From: an uncultured delta proteobacterium
GTDB lineage: Bacteria > Myxococcota_A > Polyangia > Polyangiales > Polyangiaceae
Reading direction: 5' to 3'
Length of the DNA stretch: 64,000 nucleotides
NCBI GenBank assembly: GCA_963841435.1
Contig: CAWJCS010000003.1
Coordinates: 768,001 to 832,000 of the forward strand
In this document: positions 28,990 to 38,751 of the stretch, piece by piece
How positions within the stretch are numbered: the stretch's first letter is position 1
How the letters are laid out: every line of letters begins with the position of its first letter
Notes under the pieces: generated by a model
What the model was told of the DNA's origin: nothing
The model's input: only the letters and a program-made list of their open reading frames with translations
Databases searched by the model: none
Program-made: the position numbers and the translations under genes

Positions 28990-30194
28990 TGTTCGTCACC
29001 ACCGTGCTCATGGCGCTCCGCGAGATCCGCCGCAACGGCCTGCGCTCCTTCCTCACGATGCTCGGCGTCATCATCGGCGTGGGCGCCGTGATCGCGCTCG
29101 TTTCCGTGGGGCGCGGCGCCACCGAAAAGGTGACGGGCGACATCAGCAAGCTCGGCAAGAACCTGTTGCTCGTGTTGCCCGGCGCGCGTATGCGCGGCGG
29201 CGCCACTGCGCAGGCTCCGGCCTTCACGATCGACGACGCGCGCGCCATCCGCCGCGAGGTGCCTGGCGTGAGGACGCTCGCTCCCGCCGCCATGGGCGGC
29301 AATCGTATCGTCTACGGCAACCGGAACCGTTCGAGCTCCGTGACGGGCTCCGACAACGAGCTCTTCGCGGTGCGCGGCTACGAAATCGCGAAGGGCCGCT
29401 CGTTTTCGCGCTCCGAGCTCCAGTCGGGCGTGCCAGTTTGCATCATCGGCGAGACCGTGAACCGCGAGCTCTTCGCGGGCCGGCCACCCATCGACGAGAG
29501 CGTGCGCGTCGGGCGCACCAACTGCAAGGTGGTCGGTCTCCTCGCGAGCAAGGGTCAGGCCGGGCTCGGTCAAGACCAGGACGACATCGTCGTCATGCCG
29601 CTACGCACCTACCAACGGCGCATCAGCGGCAACGACAACGTCAGCATCATCTACGTGTCGGTGATGGAGGGACGCTCCACGGCCCTCGTGGCCGAGCGCA
29701 TCGCGTCGCTCATGCGGCAGCGCCGGCGTCGCGCCGTCGGCGCCGAAGACGATTTCAACGTGCGCGACATGGCGGAGATCGCCGAGACGGTCGGCAGCGC
29801 GACGGCCGCGCTCACGGGCCTGCTCGGCGCGATCGCGGCCGTGAGCCTCGTCGTCGGGGGGATCGGCATCATGAACATCATGCTGGTTTCCGTCACCGAG
29901 CGGACGCGCGAAATCGGCATTCGGCTCGCGATCGGCGCGTTCGCGAGCGAGGTGATGATGCAGTTCTTGCTCGAGGCGATCGTGCTCTCGACGCTCGGGG
30001 GCACCATCGGCATCGTGATCGGCTTCGCGGGTTCCTACTTCGCGAGCCGCGCGCTCAGCCTGCCCTTCATCGTGGCGCCCGAGATCGTCATGCTCGCGTT
30101 CGCCTTTTCCGCTCTCGTCGGTGTGCTGTTCGGCTATCTTCCGGCCCGCAAGGCCGCACGCTTGAATCCGATCGAGGCGCTACGCCACGAATAG
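28989..30194 (+). CDS. MacB-type ABC permease (FtsX domain)
   Basis: RSFLTMLGVIIGV, VGGIGIMNIMLVSVTERTREIGIR, PARKAARLNPIEALRHE. Confidence 0.93.
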   Translation: MFVTTVLMALREIRRNGLRSFLTMLGVIIGVGAVIALVSVGRGATEKVTGDISKLGKNLLLVLPGARMRGGATAQAPAFTIDDARAIRREVPGVRTLAPAAMGGNRIVYGNRNRSSSVTGSDNELFAVRGYEIAKGRSFSRSELQSGVPVCIIGETVNRELFAGRPPIDESVRVGRTNCKVVGLLASKGQAGLGQDQDDIVVMPLRTYQRRISGNDNVSIIYVSVMEGRSTALVAERIASLMRQRRRRAVGAEDDFNVRDMAEIAETVGSATAALTGLLGAIAAVSLVVGGIGIMNIMLVSVTERTREIGIRLAIGAFASEVMMQFLLEAIVLSTLGGTIGIVIGFAGSYFASRALSLPFIVAPEIVMLAFAFSALVGVLFGYLPARKAARLNPIEALRHE

Positions 30195-30446
30195 CCGCCT
30201 GCCAATAGCCCGCTCGTGTCGAGCGACCCGGGCATAATGGTTCTACGAGAGCTACCTCCTGTTCGATCTCACGCACGACCCCGGCGAACACCGCGATCGC
30301 GCCGGCGAGGAACCGGGGCGGCTGCGCGTCATGGCTGCGGAGCTTCGCGCCTGGGAAAAGGCTCAAATCGACTACTACGCGAGCCCCGCCCGCTGGCACA
30401 AGACGTACCCACCGGTGCTCTCCACCGGCGCTCGCGGATCGAGCCC

Positions 30447-32261
30447 GTGAACGAACGCGGGCGGGCGTGGACGGAGCGGGCCGCGCTCTGCCTTCTGGCG
30501 GCGCTGCTCGTGGGCGCGCTCACCTGGCTCCGCTACGAGCCGTTCACCCTCCGGGGTGATGGTCCCGTCTATTTTTTTCCCATGCTGTCGACGACGACGC
30601 GCGCCCTGCTCTCGGGCACCTTTCCACGCGTCCTTTGGCAGCTCGGCGCCGACACCGTTCGAGGCCGGGCAGATCGGGCTCGGCTACCCGCCGTACCTGC
30701 TCACGGGGCTCATTTGCGGCGCGCTCGGGCGGCCGCTCGCGTTCCTCGACGTGTCGGCGGCGCTCCATCTCGCGCTCGCCGGGCTCGTCGTGCGCGAGCT
30801 CGCGCCCAGAGGGGTCCCGCGCTTGACACGGCTCGCCGCCGCCGCGCTCGCGATCGTGCAGCCGGCACCCATCCTGCTCGGCATGTCCCGGCACCTGATC
30901 TTGAGCGCCTACCCGTGGGCCCTTTCGCTCGCCCTCATCCTGTGGCTACGCGGGCTCGGCGAGCGCAAAATGAGCGCTCTTTTGCCGGTCGCGAGCACGC
31001 TATGCTTCTGGGGCGGGCACCCGCAAAATTTCGTCTGGACCTGGCTGCTCGTCGGCACGACGGAGCTCGTGTTGCGGCGCCCGTCGCTCGGTCGGCTGGC
31101 GGCGGGCTGGCGGGTTGCCGCGGCCGTCGTGTTGCCGATCGCGGCGCCGCTCGCCTGGCTCTGGCACGCCGCGCAAGCGGCAAACCTCAACTACATGAGC
31201 GAACGCTGGGAGCCGGGGTACCTGCTCTCGAGCGCCCAGAGCCTCGCCCATCTCCTGCCGGGGCTCCTTTTCGGCAACCTGGGCGGCCTCTCGCGCCTCA
31301 ACGTCTGGGGCAACAATCCGGTGGGCGGCGCGGGGATCTTCTTCTGCCCGCTTTTCGTGCTCGCGCTCGCCGACGCGCTCCGCCGTCGCCGGTTCGGTGT
31401 GCTCTTGCTCGGCGCGGGGCTCCTCGTCCTGCTCGCTCCACTGGGGTTCGATTTCGTCGACGCGCTCGCGCGCGGGCCGCTCGCGGGCTCGCGCTGGACG
31501 TGGCGCTTTTGCGCCGTGATCCTCCCGCCCGTCGCCGTTGCCGTCGCGCTCGGCGCGCGACCCGCGACGGCCGGTGACGCAACGTTCGAGCCATCGCGCC
31601 TGCGCTGGGGCGCGACACTCGCCACGCTCGGGCTCGCGCTCGCCGTGGTGTGGCGGGGCGCTTCGTTCGACCTTGCCACGGCGTGGTGGGAGCACCGCGA
31701 GGCCGGCATGCGCGGGGTCGTCACGGAGGCGGAGCGCTTCACGAAGACGTTGCGAGCCCCGACGCGAGTCGCGTTGATCGGCCACCAGCTACTGTTGTCC
31801 GGCGGTGAAACGGTGCCCCTCGCTTACCTCGGGCTCGTGGCGAACACTCCGTTGCTCGTCCCGGGTCTCGAGACCGCCCATGTCTACGAACCGCTCGAGA
31901 GCGAAGATGCGGCGACCGCCCACATGCGCCTCGGCACGCCGCGGCGCCTGGTCGTCTCGGAAGCACTTTTCCGGGCACGACCGGCCGAGGTCACGAAGAA
32001 CCTCGAAGCCTGTTCGTCCGGGAGCTCCCGCCCGAGCCACCCTACCCGCTCACGGGGCCCGGTCGGCGTCTCGCCGACGGCTCGCTCCTCGTCCCCAGCC
32101 GCTCGAACGTTCGCCTGACGCGCGAGCTCGTCGCCTCGAACCGAGACGGGCAGGTGCTGCTCCGACCGCCCGTGCGCTGGCCGCTCGTGATGGCGGGCGC
32201 GCTCGGCGTGCTAAGCGCAATTTTCCTGCTGACGACCGGTCGCGCGCGCAGGCTCGCCTGA
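30447..32261 (+). pseudogene. YfhO-like / GT-C-like multipass membrane protein broken by two frame changes (~30650 and ~32010)
   Basis: N-terminus (GTG 30447, ..GDGPVYFFP..WQLGA) is in one frame, the body (PFEAGQIGLGYPP..GGHPQ..) in ORF 30556..32118, and a C-terminal TM tail (LFVRELPPEPPYP..LVMAGALGVLSAIFLL..TGA 32259-32261) back in the first frame. Confidence 0.6.
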
Positions 32262-32324
32262 ATCGGCGGCTCGTGGCGCCGGCGTTGGGCGCCAATCCGC
32301 ACCCGAGCGGCCCCTGGACGGGTT

Positions 32325-34448
32325 ATGCTGGCCACCGCCCGCCCGGATCTCATGGACGCCGTCGAGCTCCTCGCGAACGCCGCACGTGCGCTCTCACGGT
32401 CTGAACCGAACGACGCCGTGGGCTCCGTTCGCCGAGCGCTCGCGGCGGGCGGCCTCGAGATCGCCGCGACGCCCGCACAGACCGTCTGGCCCCCCGAGGC
32501 GTCACCCACGCTGCGGGACGGCGTGCAAGCGCTCTTCGCGCTCGCCCAAAGTCGAGCGACCGAGCACGAGTCCGGCCTGCGCGCCAAGGAGCGCGCCGAC
32601 ATGCTCTCTGAAGCCTCTTTCGAGGGCATCATGATCCACGTCGACGGCGTCATCGTCGACGCGAACGAGCGCCTGGCCGACATGCTCGGCTACTCCCACG
32701 ACGAGATCCTCGGGTCCGACACGTTGCCCCGCTGCGTCGCGCCGGAGGACCTGCCCCAGGTCGCCGAACGCATGCGCGCGCGCACCGAGGGCGAGTACGT
32801 CATCACGGGCGTCCGGAAGGACGGCAGCCGGTTTCGCGCAGAGATACTGTCGAAGCAAGGCAAGCTCGGGGCGACGCCCGTTCGCGTGGCGGCCGTACGC
32901 GACATCACGGAACGGGAGCGTACGGATGCGATGCTGCTCGAGAGCGAGACGCGCCTTCGCGAGCTCGCCGAAACCACGTTCGACGTGCTCGTCTACAGCC
33001 GCGACGCCGTCGTCGTCGAGGCCGGCGGGCGCTTGAAGGCGTTGTTCGGCTATTCGCACGAAGAGGTGGTGGGTCGTTCGATTCTGGACTTCGTTTCGTC
33101 CGAATACGTCAACGTGACGCGGGAGCGCATCGAAACCCAAAAGGTGGGCGCCGATCGCTCGGCGATCGTGGCGGTGACCGGGGAGGTGATTCCCGTCGAG
33201 GTGGTGGCGGTGCGCACGACGCTCGATGGCGTTCCAACGCGCCTTTCGGCCATCCGAGACATGCGCGAGGCGGTGCGTGCCGAACGCGAGCGCCGCGAGC
33301 TCGAGCTGCACGTACAACAAGCGCAGCGCCTCGAGAGCCTCGGCGTGCTCGCGGGGGGCATCGCGCACGACTTCAACAACCTGCTGGTGGGCATCGTCGG
33401 CGGTGCGGAGCTACTCTCGCTCGCCGACCTCGCGCCCGCCGATCGCGAGACGGCGCGTTCGATCCTCGAGGCTGGGCAACGCGCCGCGTCGCTCACGGCG
33501 CAGCTGCTCGCCTACGCCGGCCGGCGGGACCTCGGGCAACGCGAGCCCATCGACCTCGGCGTGCTCGTCGGCGAGCTCACGCGCCTGCTCACGTCCAAGC
33601 TGTCGAAGACGGCCCAGGTACAAACCGCGATTTTGCCGGACGCGATCGTGCTCGGTAACCACGCGACGCTGCTACAGGTCGTCATGAACCTGCTCACCAA
33701 CGCCTCGGACGCGCTCGGTGCCGGGCCCGGTACCATTCGAATCAGCGCCGAACGCGTCAAAGAGCCGGGTGAGCGCTTCAAGCACTCGCTCGGCGCCCCG
33801 GTTCGGGGAGCGGGCGCGTGGGTGCTCGTCGAGGTCAGCGACTCGGGCACCGGCATGGATGAGCTGACCAAACAGCGTATCTTCGAGCCGTTTTTCTCTA
33901 CCAAGCCCAAGGGGCATGGCCTCGGGCTCGCGGCGTGCCTCGGTATCGTCGCCGCCCACGGCGGAGCCATCCACGTCACGAGTGAGCCGGGTCGGGGGAG
34001 CACGTTCTCGGTGCTGCTCCCCGCGGCGGAGGCGAGCCTCGTCGGGTTCACGCCTGCATCACCGAGCGTCGCGTCGCGACAGGCCCGGATCCTCCTCGTC
34101 GACGACGAAAAGATCGTCCGCACCCAGGTGCGGCGCATGCTCGAGGTCCACGGCTATCGGGTGACGGAGGCAGCCACGGGTGCCGACGCGCTCGACCTCC
34201 TCGCCCATGGGGCGCACGACTTGATGCTGCTCGACGTGACGATGCCGGGGCTCGACGGCATCGAAGTGGCGCGCGAGGCGCGCGCGCGGGGCCACGCTCT
34301 GCCCATCGTGATGATCTCGGGGTATGCCGATTTCCCGGTCGAGGAGCGGCTCGAGGCCGGGACGTACAGCGCCTTCCTCGCAAAGCCGTTCAAGCTCGAC
34401 GAGCTCGCGGCGACGGTGCGCCGGGCGCTCCAGGGGACTCGCCGCTGA
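32325..34448 (+). CDS. Cytoplasmic hybrid histidine kinase: PAS-PAS-HisKA-HATPase-REC
   Basis: Two PAS repeats (MLGYSHDEILG..RKDGSRF..RDITER; LFGYSHEEVVG); AHDFNNLL, NLLTNASDA, DSGTGM, KGHGLGL; LVDDE..LDVTMPG..KPF. No TM segment. Confidence 0.93.
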   Translation: MLATARPDLMDAVELLANAARALSRSEPNDAVGSVRRALAAGGLEIAATPAQTVWPPEASPTLRDGVQALFALAQSRATEHESGLRAKERADMLSEASFEGIMIHVDGVIVDANERLADMLGYSHDEILGSDTLPRCVAPEDLPQVAERMRARTEGEYVITGVRKDGSRFRAEILSKQGKLGATPVRVAAVRDITERERTDAMLLESETRLRELAETTFDVLVYSRDAVVVEAGGRLKALFGYSHEEVVGRSILDFVSSEYVNVTRERIETQKVGADRSAIVAVTGEVIPVEVVAVRTTLDGVPTRLSAIRDMREAVRAERERRELELHVQQAQRLESLGVLAGGIAHDFNNLLVGIVGGAELLSLADLAPADRETARSILEAGQRAASLTAQLLAYAGRRDLGQREPIDLGVLVGELTRLLTSKLSKTAQVQTAILPDAIVLGNHATLLQVVMNLLTNASDALGAGPGTIRISAERVKEPGERFKHSLGAPVRGAGAWVLVEVSDSGTGMDELTKQRIFEPFFSTKPKGHGLGLAACLGIVAAHGGAIHVTSEPGRGSTFSVLLPAAEASLVGFTPASPSVASRQARILLVDDEKIVRTQVRRMLEVHGYRVTEAATGADALDLLAHGAHDLMLLDVTMPGLDGIEVAREARARGHALPIVMISGYADFPVEERLEAGTYSAFLAKPFKLDELAATVRRALQGTRR

Positions 34449-34493
34449 CGGGGCGCCTCGGGCGGCACGCCACGCCCCGAGCCGCCCGCGGCG

Positions 34494-35090
34494 TCAGGCG
34501 ATGCCGTAGCTTTCTGCGAGCGCGCGCAGGCGCGCTTCCACGGCGGCCTCGTCGGTCGACGCTGCGTGCTCGGCATCGAAGCGCTCGAACTCCAAGAGCA
34601 GGCGGTCGCGCACGGCAAGGGGCAGCCGCGCGAGCGCGGGCCCGAAAACCTCGCGGTTCTCGAATTCCACGTGCGCTCGCATGAAGTCCAAGAGCTCGCG
34701 CCCGACGCTCCGAATGCGGCGAACGTCCTCGTTGGACCAAGGGGCCCGTTGCCGGGCGAGCTCGCTCAGCGCGCGGAGGAGATAGCGCTCCTGTCGGTGC
34801 TCGCGCCGCATCCTCGCGACGGGTCCGTCGTACCAATCGAAGCCGTGCTCGACGAGCGCGGGCGTGAGCAGGCTCTCTTCCTTGTCCTGATGTCCGAGAT
34901 CGGCAAACACCGCCAGGTAGTCGATGATCGTTTCGAAGTCGGCGCGTGACGCCGCCTGCGCTTCGGCCGACCCGGAAAGCCAGCGCTCGAACACCGCGAG
35001 GGCTTTCTCGAGACCGGCGTGCTCGAGCCCGAGGTGCTCGAATGGCCCTTTCGAGTGCGGGCGGGAGGTCGTCTCGAGACTGTCGCTCAT
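34494..35090 (-). CDS. Hemerythrin-like (HHE) domain protein
   Basis: EHAGL..GHQDKEESLLTP..GPVARMRREH..HVEFENREVF pattern. Confidence 0.85.
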   Translation of the reverse strand: MSDSLETTSRPHSKGPFEHLGLEHAGLEKALAVFERWLSGSAEAQAASRADFETIIDYLAVFADLGHQDKEESLLTPALVEHGFDWYDGPVARMRREHRQERYLLRALSELARQRAPWSNEDVRRIRSVGRELLDFMRAHVEFENREVFGPALARLPLAVRDRLLLEFERFDAEHAASTDEAAVEARLRALAESYGIA

Positions 35091-35102
35091 GGTCTCTCGG
35101 GT

Positions 35103-35118
35103 TGCAATTCATGCGCCA
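35103..35118 (-). promoter_or_regulatory. Sigma54 promoter for the hemerythrin-like gene
   Basis: Minus strand TGGCGCATGAATTGCA = TGG-N10-GC with TTGCA, ending 12 nt before ATG 35090. Confidence 0.75.
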
Positions 35119-35301
35119 TCCACTGACCCGCCGACAAAATGGTGGCGATGTGGCCTGCCGTGCTCGGTTCCGCCCGCGGCGCCCGCGCAGGTTCTTCGCG
35201 GCACCCAATGCCGGCGCGCAATTTTCGCGTTTCGCGGCGACGCCGCTCTGAACCGCAGCTGAAACGTGGCGCGAACACGCGTGTGGTGACATCGGGGGAC
35301 G

Positions 35302-38300
35302 ATGGATGGCGCCGCGCAGGACTCGGGCCCGAGACCGCACGATCTCGAGCTCGTCCGATATCTCAACCTGAAGCTGGTCGCGCTCGGTCAACCCCACAAC
35401 CGCGCCGTTCCCGACCCGGGCTTTCTGGAGCTCGCAACCCCGCTCTTGCGCAACCACCTGCGCAAGGACGAGCTACTGGGCTGGCCGCTCTGCCCGGTCG
35501 ATCAGAGGATCCAGGCGTTTCTCGACGCCTACTTGCTCGACGTGCGGCCGAAGGGGGCGGCACGGCTGCCGGCTCGGACGCTGGTGCTCGATCGCGCCGG
35601 GCTCGGTCGCGCGCTCTCGCTGCCGACGACGAGCGATCGATTCGCGTCGCCGTACGTCACCTCGTATCGACTCGCTCAGGGCGTGCTCCACAATCCGAAG
35701 AGCGATCGGAGGACGACGCAGGGAGTGTTCCACGTCGCCGAAGGCGGCTTGCCGGTGCCGCTCGACAAGTGCGCCGTGCCGAAGTTTACCTTCGCGGCGC
35801 TGCTCGACCAAGCCCTGCGTCCGCCCGACGACGCACTCGTTTTGCCGTTCACCCAAGGACAGGCCGACCCGGCTCGCGTCTTCGTTTCGCTCCTGCTCAG
35901 ACCGCTCGTGTGCCCGAGGACCGATCGGACGCCCGAAAAGAGCATGGAAGTGCGCTTTTTCGCGCCGGGAAGCCTCGTCAGCAACCTCGACTTCGTCGAG
36001 GCCATCTTCGGCAACGGCGGCGACCCCTTCCTGCCCGAGAACGACGCCGTGCACGACCTCAGCGGTTTCAGCGGGCACACGGGCTGCGTGATCCTCGCGC
36101 CCCATCTCGTCGGCATGAAGAAGGTGGACCTCGGGCTCCCACCTTACGAGCAGGCGACCGAGCGCCAGCGCCGCGACGGCATGTGCTACCGCTCGAACGA
36201 CGAACCGTACAACGACGGTCGCGCCTTCAAGATCACCTGTCGCGACGCGCGCGGCGTCATCGTGACGATCATCGCCGACAACTATTACGGGTACTGCAAA
36301 AAGGAGGTAAAGACCCAGATTAGCTACGCCACGAACTTGTTCGGCGGCTGCGAGGAGGAGCACTCCGGCGGCGCGCTCGCCTTCGCGAGCTACGTGCTCG
36401 GCCAGGAATTCGCGGCGGCGTACAGCCAATTCTTGGAGCCCAAGCCCTTCGAGACCGCCATGGCGCTGCTCGGTGATCGCGTCGTGAAAAAGCCGGAGCG
36501 TTTCGCCGTCGACAGGGTCTATCCCGACGTCTTCTACGTGCCCGAGGACGCCGAGTTCAAGGCGCGCGAAGGATACGTGCGCTGGACGGAAAACGGCTCG
36601 GAGCGTCGCTTGACCTTGCGAGCGGAGGCCATCTACGTGCTACCGAACGGCTACCGCATCCGCCTCGAGAAGCAGCTCGGCGGGATGACCTGGCGCATGG
36701 TCGGCACGCGTCCCGACGGCGTGCTCTGTCACAAGCCGTGCACGGTCTCGGGTGGCGGGAAATCGGAGATCTCGAAGTCGTTGCGTCCCATGATTCTCTC
36801 CGGCCCGCTCTACGTGCGCGATTTCAAGAGCGACATGGAGCAAGCCGCCGCCGTCATCGAGCGCGACTACGCGAACATCCACCGGCAACCCGAGTCCCGT
36901 TCGGCACGCCCGTTCCTCAGCCGCGAGCGAACGCTCGGCTCGGTCATCAAGCTGCTCACTCCCTCCGAGGAGTACACCGACGAGCACAACGCGTGGGTGC
37001 GCGCGCTCCCGCAGACCATTCGCCAGCTCGTTTTCGTCATCAAGCGGCACTATCGCGCCGACTGGGGCACGGATTTTCGCTCGCATTTCAGCGTCGACCG
37101 CGTCAACGGCTATCCAGGGCACGAGCTGCGCTTCGACGGCCAGCGCCTGATGACGAACTACCTCCGCGTGGGCTTCGAAGACGACGAGGGAACCTACCGG
37201 GTCTTCAAGCTGCGCCCCGACTTTCGCCCGAGCGACAAGGTCCAAGTGGAAGACGACATCACGGCATCGACCGTGGTGCCGCGCGAGCGCGTGCCGGGCT
37301 TGTCGCCCGAGTACCCGAATCCGAGCGTCAAGCTCGTGGCGAACTGCGAGTTCGAGCTTTTCCAGCGCCCCGACGACGCCATCCTCCGCGGCTTCGATCA
37401 CCAAGCGGAGGCTGACATCGCGACGCCCGGCACCTTCATCACGAACTTCGAGCCCCTGACGCGCGAACAGGCGCGCGCACTCGAGGACAGGGTCATCGAG
37501 TTCGACCGTTACACCGAGCCGATGAAGCGGCTGCTGTCGGACTTCGTGCGCGATCCGGCAGCGGGCTACGTCGTATCGTCGGCGCACCCCCGGCTCGTCA
37601 ACGGCAAGCCGTCGAAGAACCCACGCTACCTGCAGCGCCGCCCCGATCGAGTCGCGCACCGCGAGACGCACGTCGCCGAGATTGGCATGCGCCTTTCGGG
37701 AGACATCGCCGCGGACCAACCGTTCTTGCCGGCGGTGCACGCCGTGCTCGCGGGTCGCCGCGCCAACCGCGAAAATCCGGCGATCGGCCTGCCTCCGCTC
37801 GCCGTCTACGGTCCCATTCACTATCAGGAGCTGCCCGAGCTCTTCATGGATTTCTTGACGAGCCTCACGGGCAAGAGCCCGTCGACGACCGGCTTCGGTA
37901 GCGAGGGCGCCCTCACCAAGGGGCCCTTCAACGCGCTCTGGCCCGTCGTCGACATGAACAATGCGCTCGTGTCGGCGATCGTGACCGGCTACGGCGGCTT
38001 CACGACGGTGGCGGGCTACCTCGGACCGCGCTGCCGTATCGATCACGACATCAGCATGCTGGTGCCGGAGATCTGGTGCCGCATGTCGGTACGCGAGCGC
38101 ACGCCGAGCTACCTCGTCGAGAACGGCTATCTGGCGAAGATCGAGGACTACGCTCACGGCGGCACGCGTATCCTCGCGAGCCGGCTCGGCTACCGCATCA
38201 CGCCGCGTTTCGTGGACCACTTCCTCGGCAGGATCTTCGAGACGCCGAGCGCCGTTTTCCCGCGCGACCTGCTCGAGCCCGAGCTCCAGGATCCGGACGC

Positions 38301-38727
38301 GTTCGCAGCGGGCGTGCAAGCCATCTCCGAGGCTCAGGCCCGCGCGGCGCAGGAGTACCTCGATTCCGGCAGCGTCGCGGCGGCGTGCCCGCCACTCCGC
38401 GCGCTGATCCACGTGATGGCGACCGGTGCGTTCGAGGGCAGGACCATCGAGGATCCGGCGATTCGCAGGCTCTTCTCGCGCGAATCGATGGTCGCGAGCG
38501 ACTGGTACCGCGAGCGTCTCCACACCAAACAGGCGCGGGATCGCGCTCTGCTCGTGCGCCATCGCGAGACCCTCGCGCGCCGCTCGGGCCACGGCGCGTC
38601 GGCGGATGTCGCCGTCTTGAAGCACCAAATCGAAGCGGAGCTCGAGCGGGTAAGCTCGCCGGCTTACATCGACGAGCTCGTCGGCACGCTGGGTGCCGAC
38701 CCGTTCCACGGGCAGCTGCCGGGCTGA
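35302..38727 (+). CDS. PPi-dependent phosphoenolpyruvate carboxykinase (PEP carboxytransphosphorylase)
   Basis: 1141 aa; GVLHNPKSDRRTTQGVFH, NLDFVEAIFGNGGDP, IADNYYGYCKKEVKTQISY..EEEHSGG, HKPCTVSGGGKSEISK, LFQRPDDA, GKSPSTTG.GSEGALTKGPFNA are characteristic of the PPi-PEPCK family. Confidence 0.88.
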   Translation: MDGAAQDSGPRPHDLELVRYLNLKLVALGQPHNRAVPDPGFLELATPLLRNHLRKDELLGWPLCPVDQRIQAFLDAYLLDVRPKGAARLPARTLVLDRAGLGRALSLPTTSDRFASPYVTSYRLAQGVLHNPKSDRRTTQGVFHVAEGGLPVPLDKCAVPKFTFAALLDQALRPPDDALVLPFTQGQADPARVFVSLLLRPLVCPRTDRTPEKSMEVRFFAPGSLVSNLDFVEAIFGNGGDPFLPENDAVHDLSGFSGHTGCVILAPHLVGMKKVDLGLPPYEQATERQRRDGMCYRSNDEPYNDGRAFKITCRDARGVIVTIIADNYYGYCKKEVKTQISYATNLFGGCEEEHSGGALAFASYVLGQEFAAAYSQFLEPKPFETAMALLGDRVVKKPERFAVDRVYPDVFYVPEDAEFKAREGYVRWTENGSERRLTLRAEAIYVLPNGYRIRLEKQLGGMTWRMVGTRPDGVLCHKPCTVSGGGKSEISKSLRPMILSGPLYVRDFKSDMEQAAAVIERDYANIHRQPESRSARPFLSRERTLGSVIKLLTPSEEYTDEHNAWVRALPQTIRQLVFVIKRHYRADWGTDFRSHFSVDRVNGYPGHELRFDGQRLMTNYLRVGFEDDEGTYRVFKLRPDFRPSDKVQVEDDITASTVVPRERVPGLSPEYPNPSVKLVANCEFELFQRPDDAILRGFDHQAEADIATPGTFITNFEPLTREQARALEDRVIEFDRYTEPMKRLLSDFVRDPAAGYVVSSAHPRLVNGKPSKNPRYLQRRPDRVAHRETHVAEIGMRLSGDIAADQPFLPAVHAVLAGRRANRENPAIGLPPLAVYGPIHYQELPELFMDFLTSLTGKSPSTTGFGSEGALTKGPFNALWPVVDMNNALVSAIVTGYGGFTTVAGYLGPRCRIDHDISMLVPEIWCRMSVRERTPSYLVENGYLAKIEDYAHGGTRILASRLGYRITPRFVDHFLGRIFETPSAVFPRDLLEPELQDPDAFAAGVQAISEAQARAAQEYLDSGSVAAACPPLRALIHVMATGAFEGRTIEDPAIRRLFSRESMVASDWYRERLHTKQARDRALLVRHRETLARRSGHGASADVAVLKHQIEAELERVSSPAYIDELVGTLGADPFHGQLPG

Positions 38728-38751
38728 TCCGGGCGCAACCACGGTCCTCGT

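Noticed and set aside
27011-30194. MacAB-type exporter as part of a biosynthetic (RiPP) cluster
   Set aside because: No precursor peptide or modifying enzymes adjacent; ordinary three-gene exporter.
35267-35281. Sigma54 promoter for PPi-PEPCK (TGGCGCGAACACGC)
   Set aside because: GG-GC spacing is 9 rather than 10 nt and there is no TTGC.
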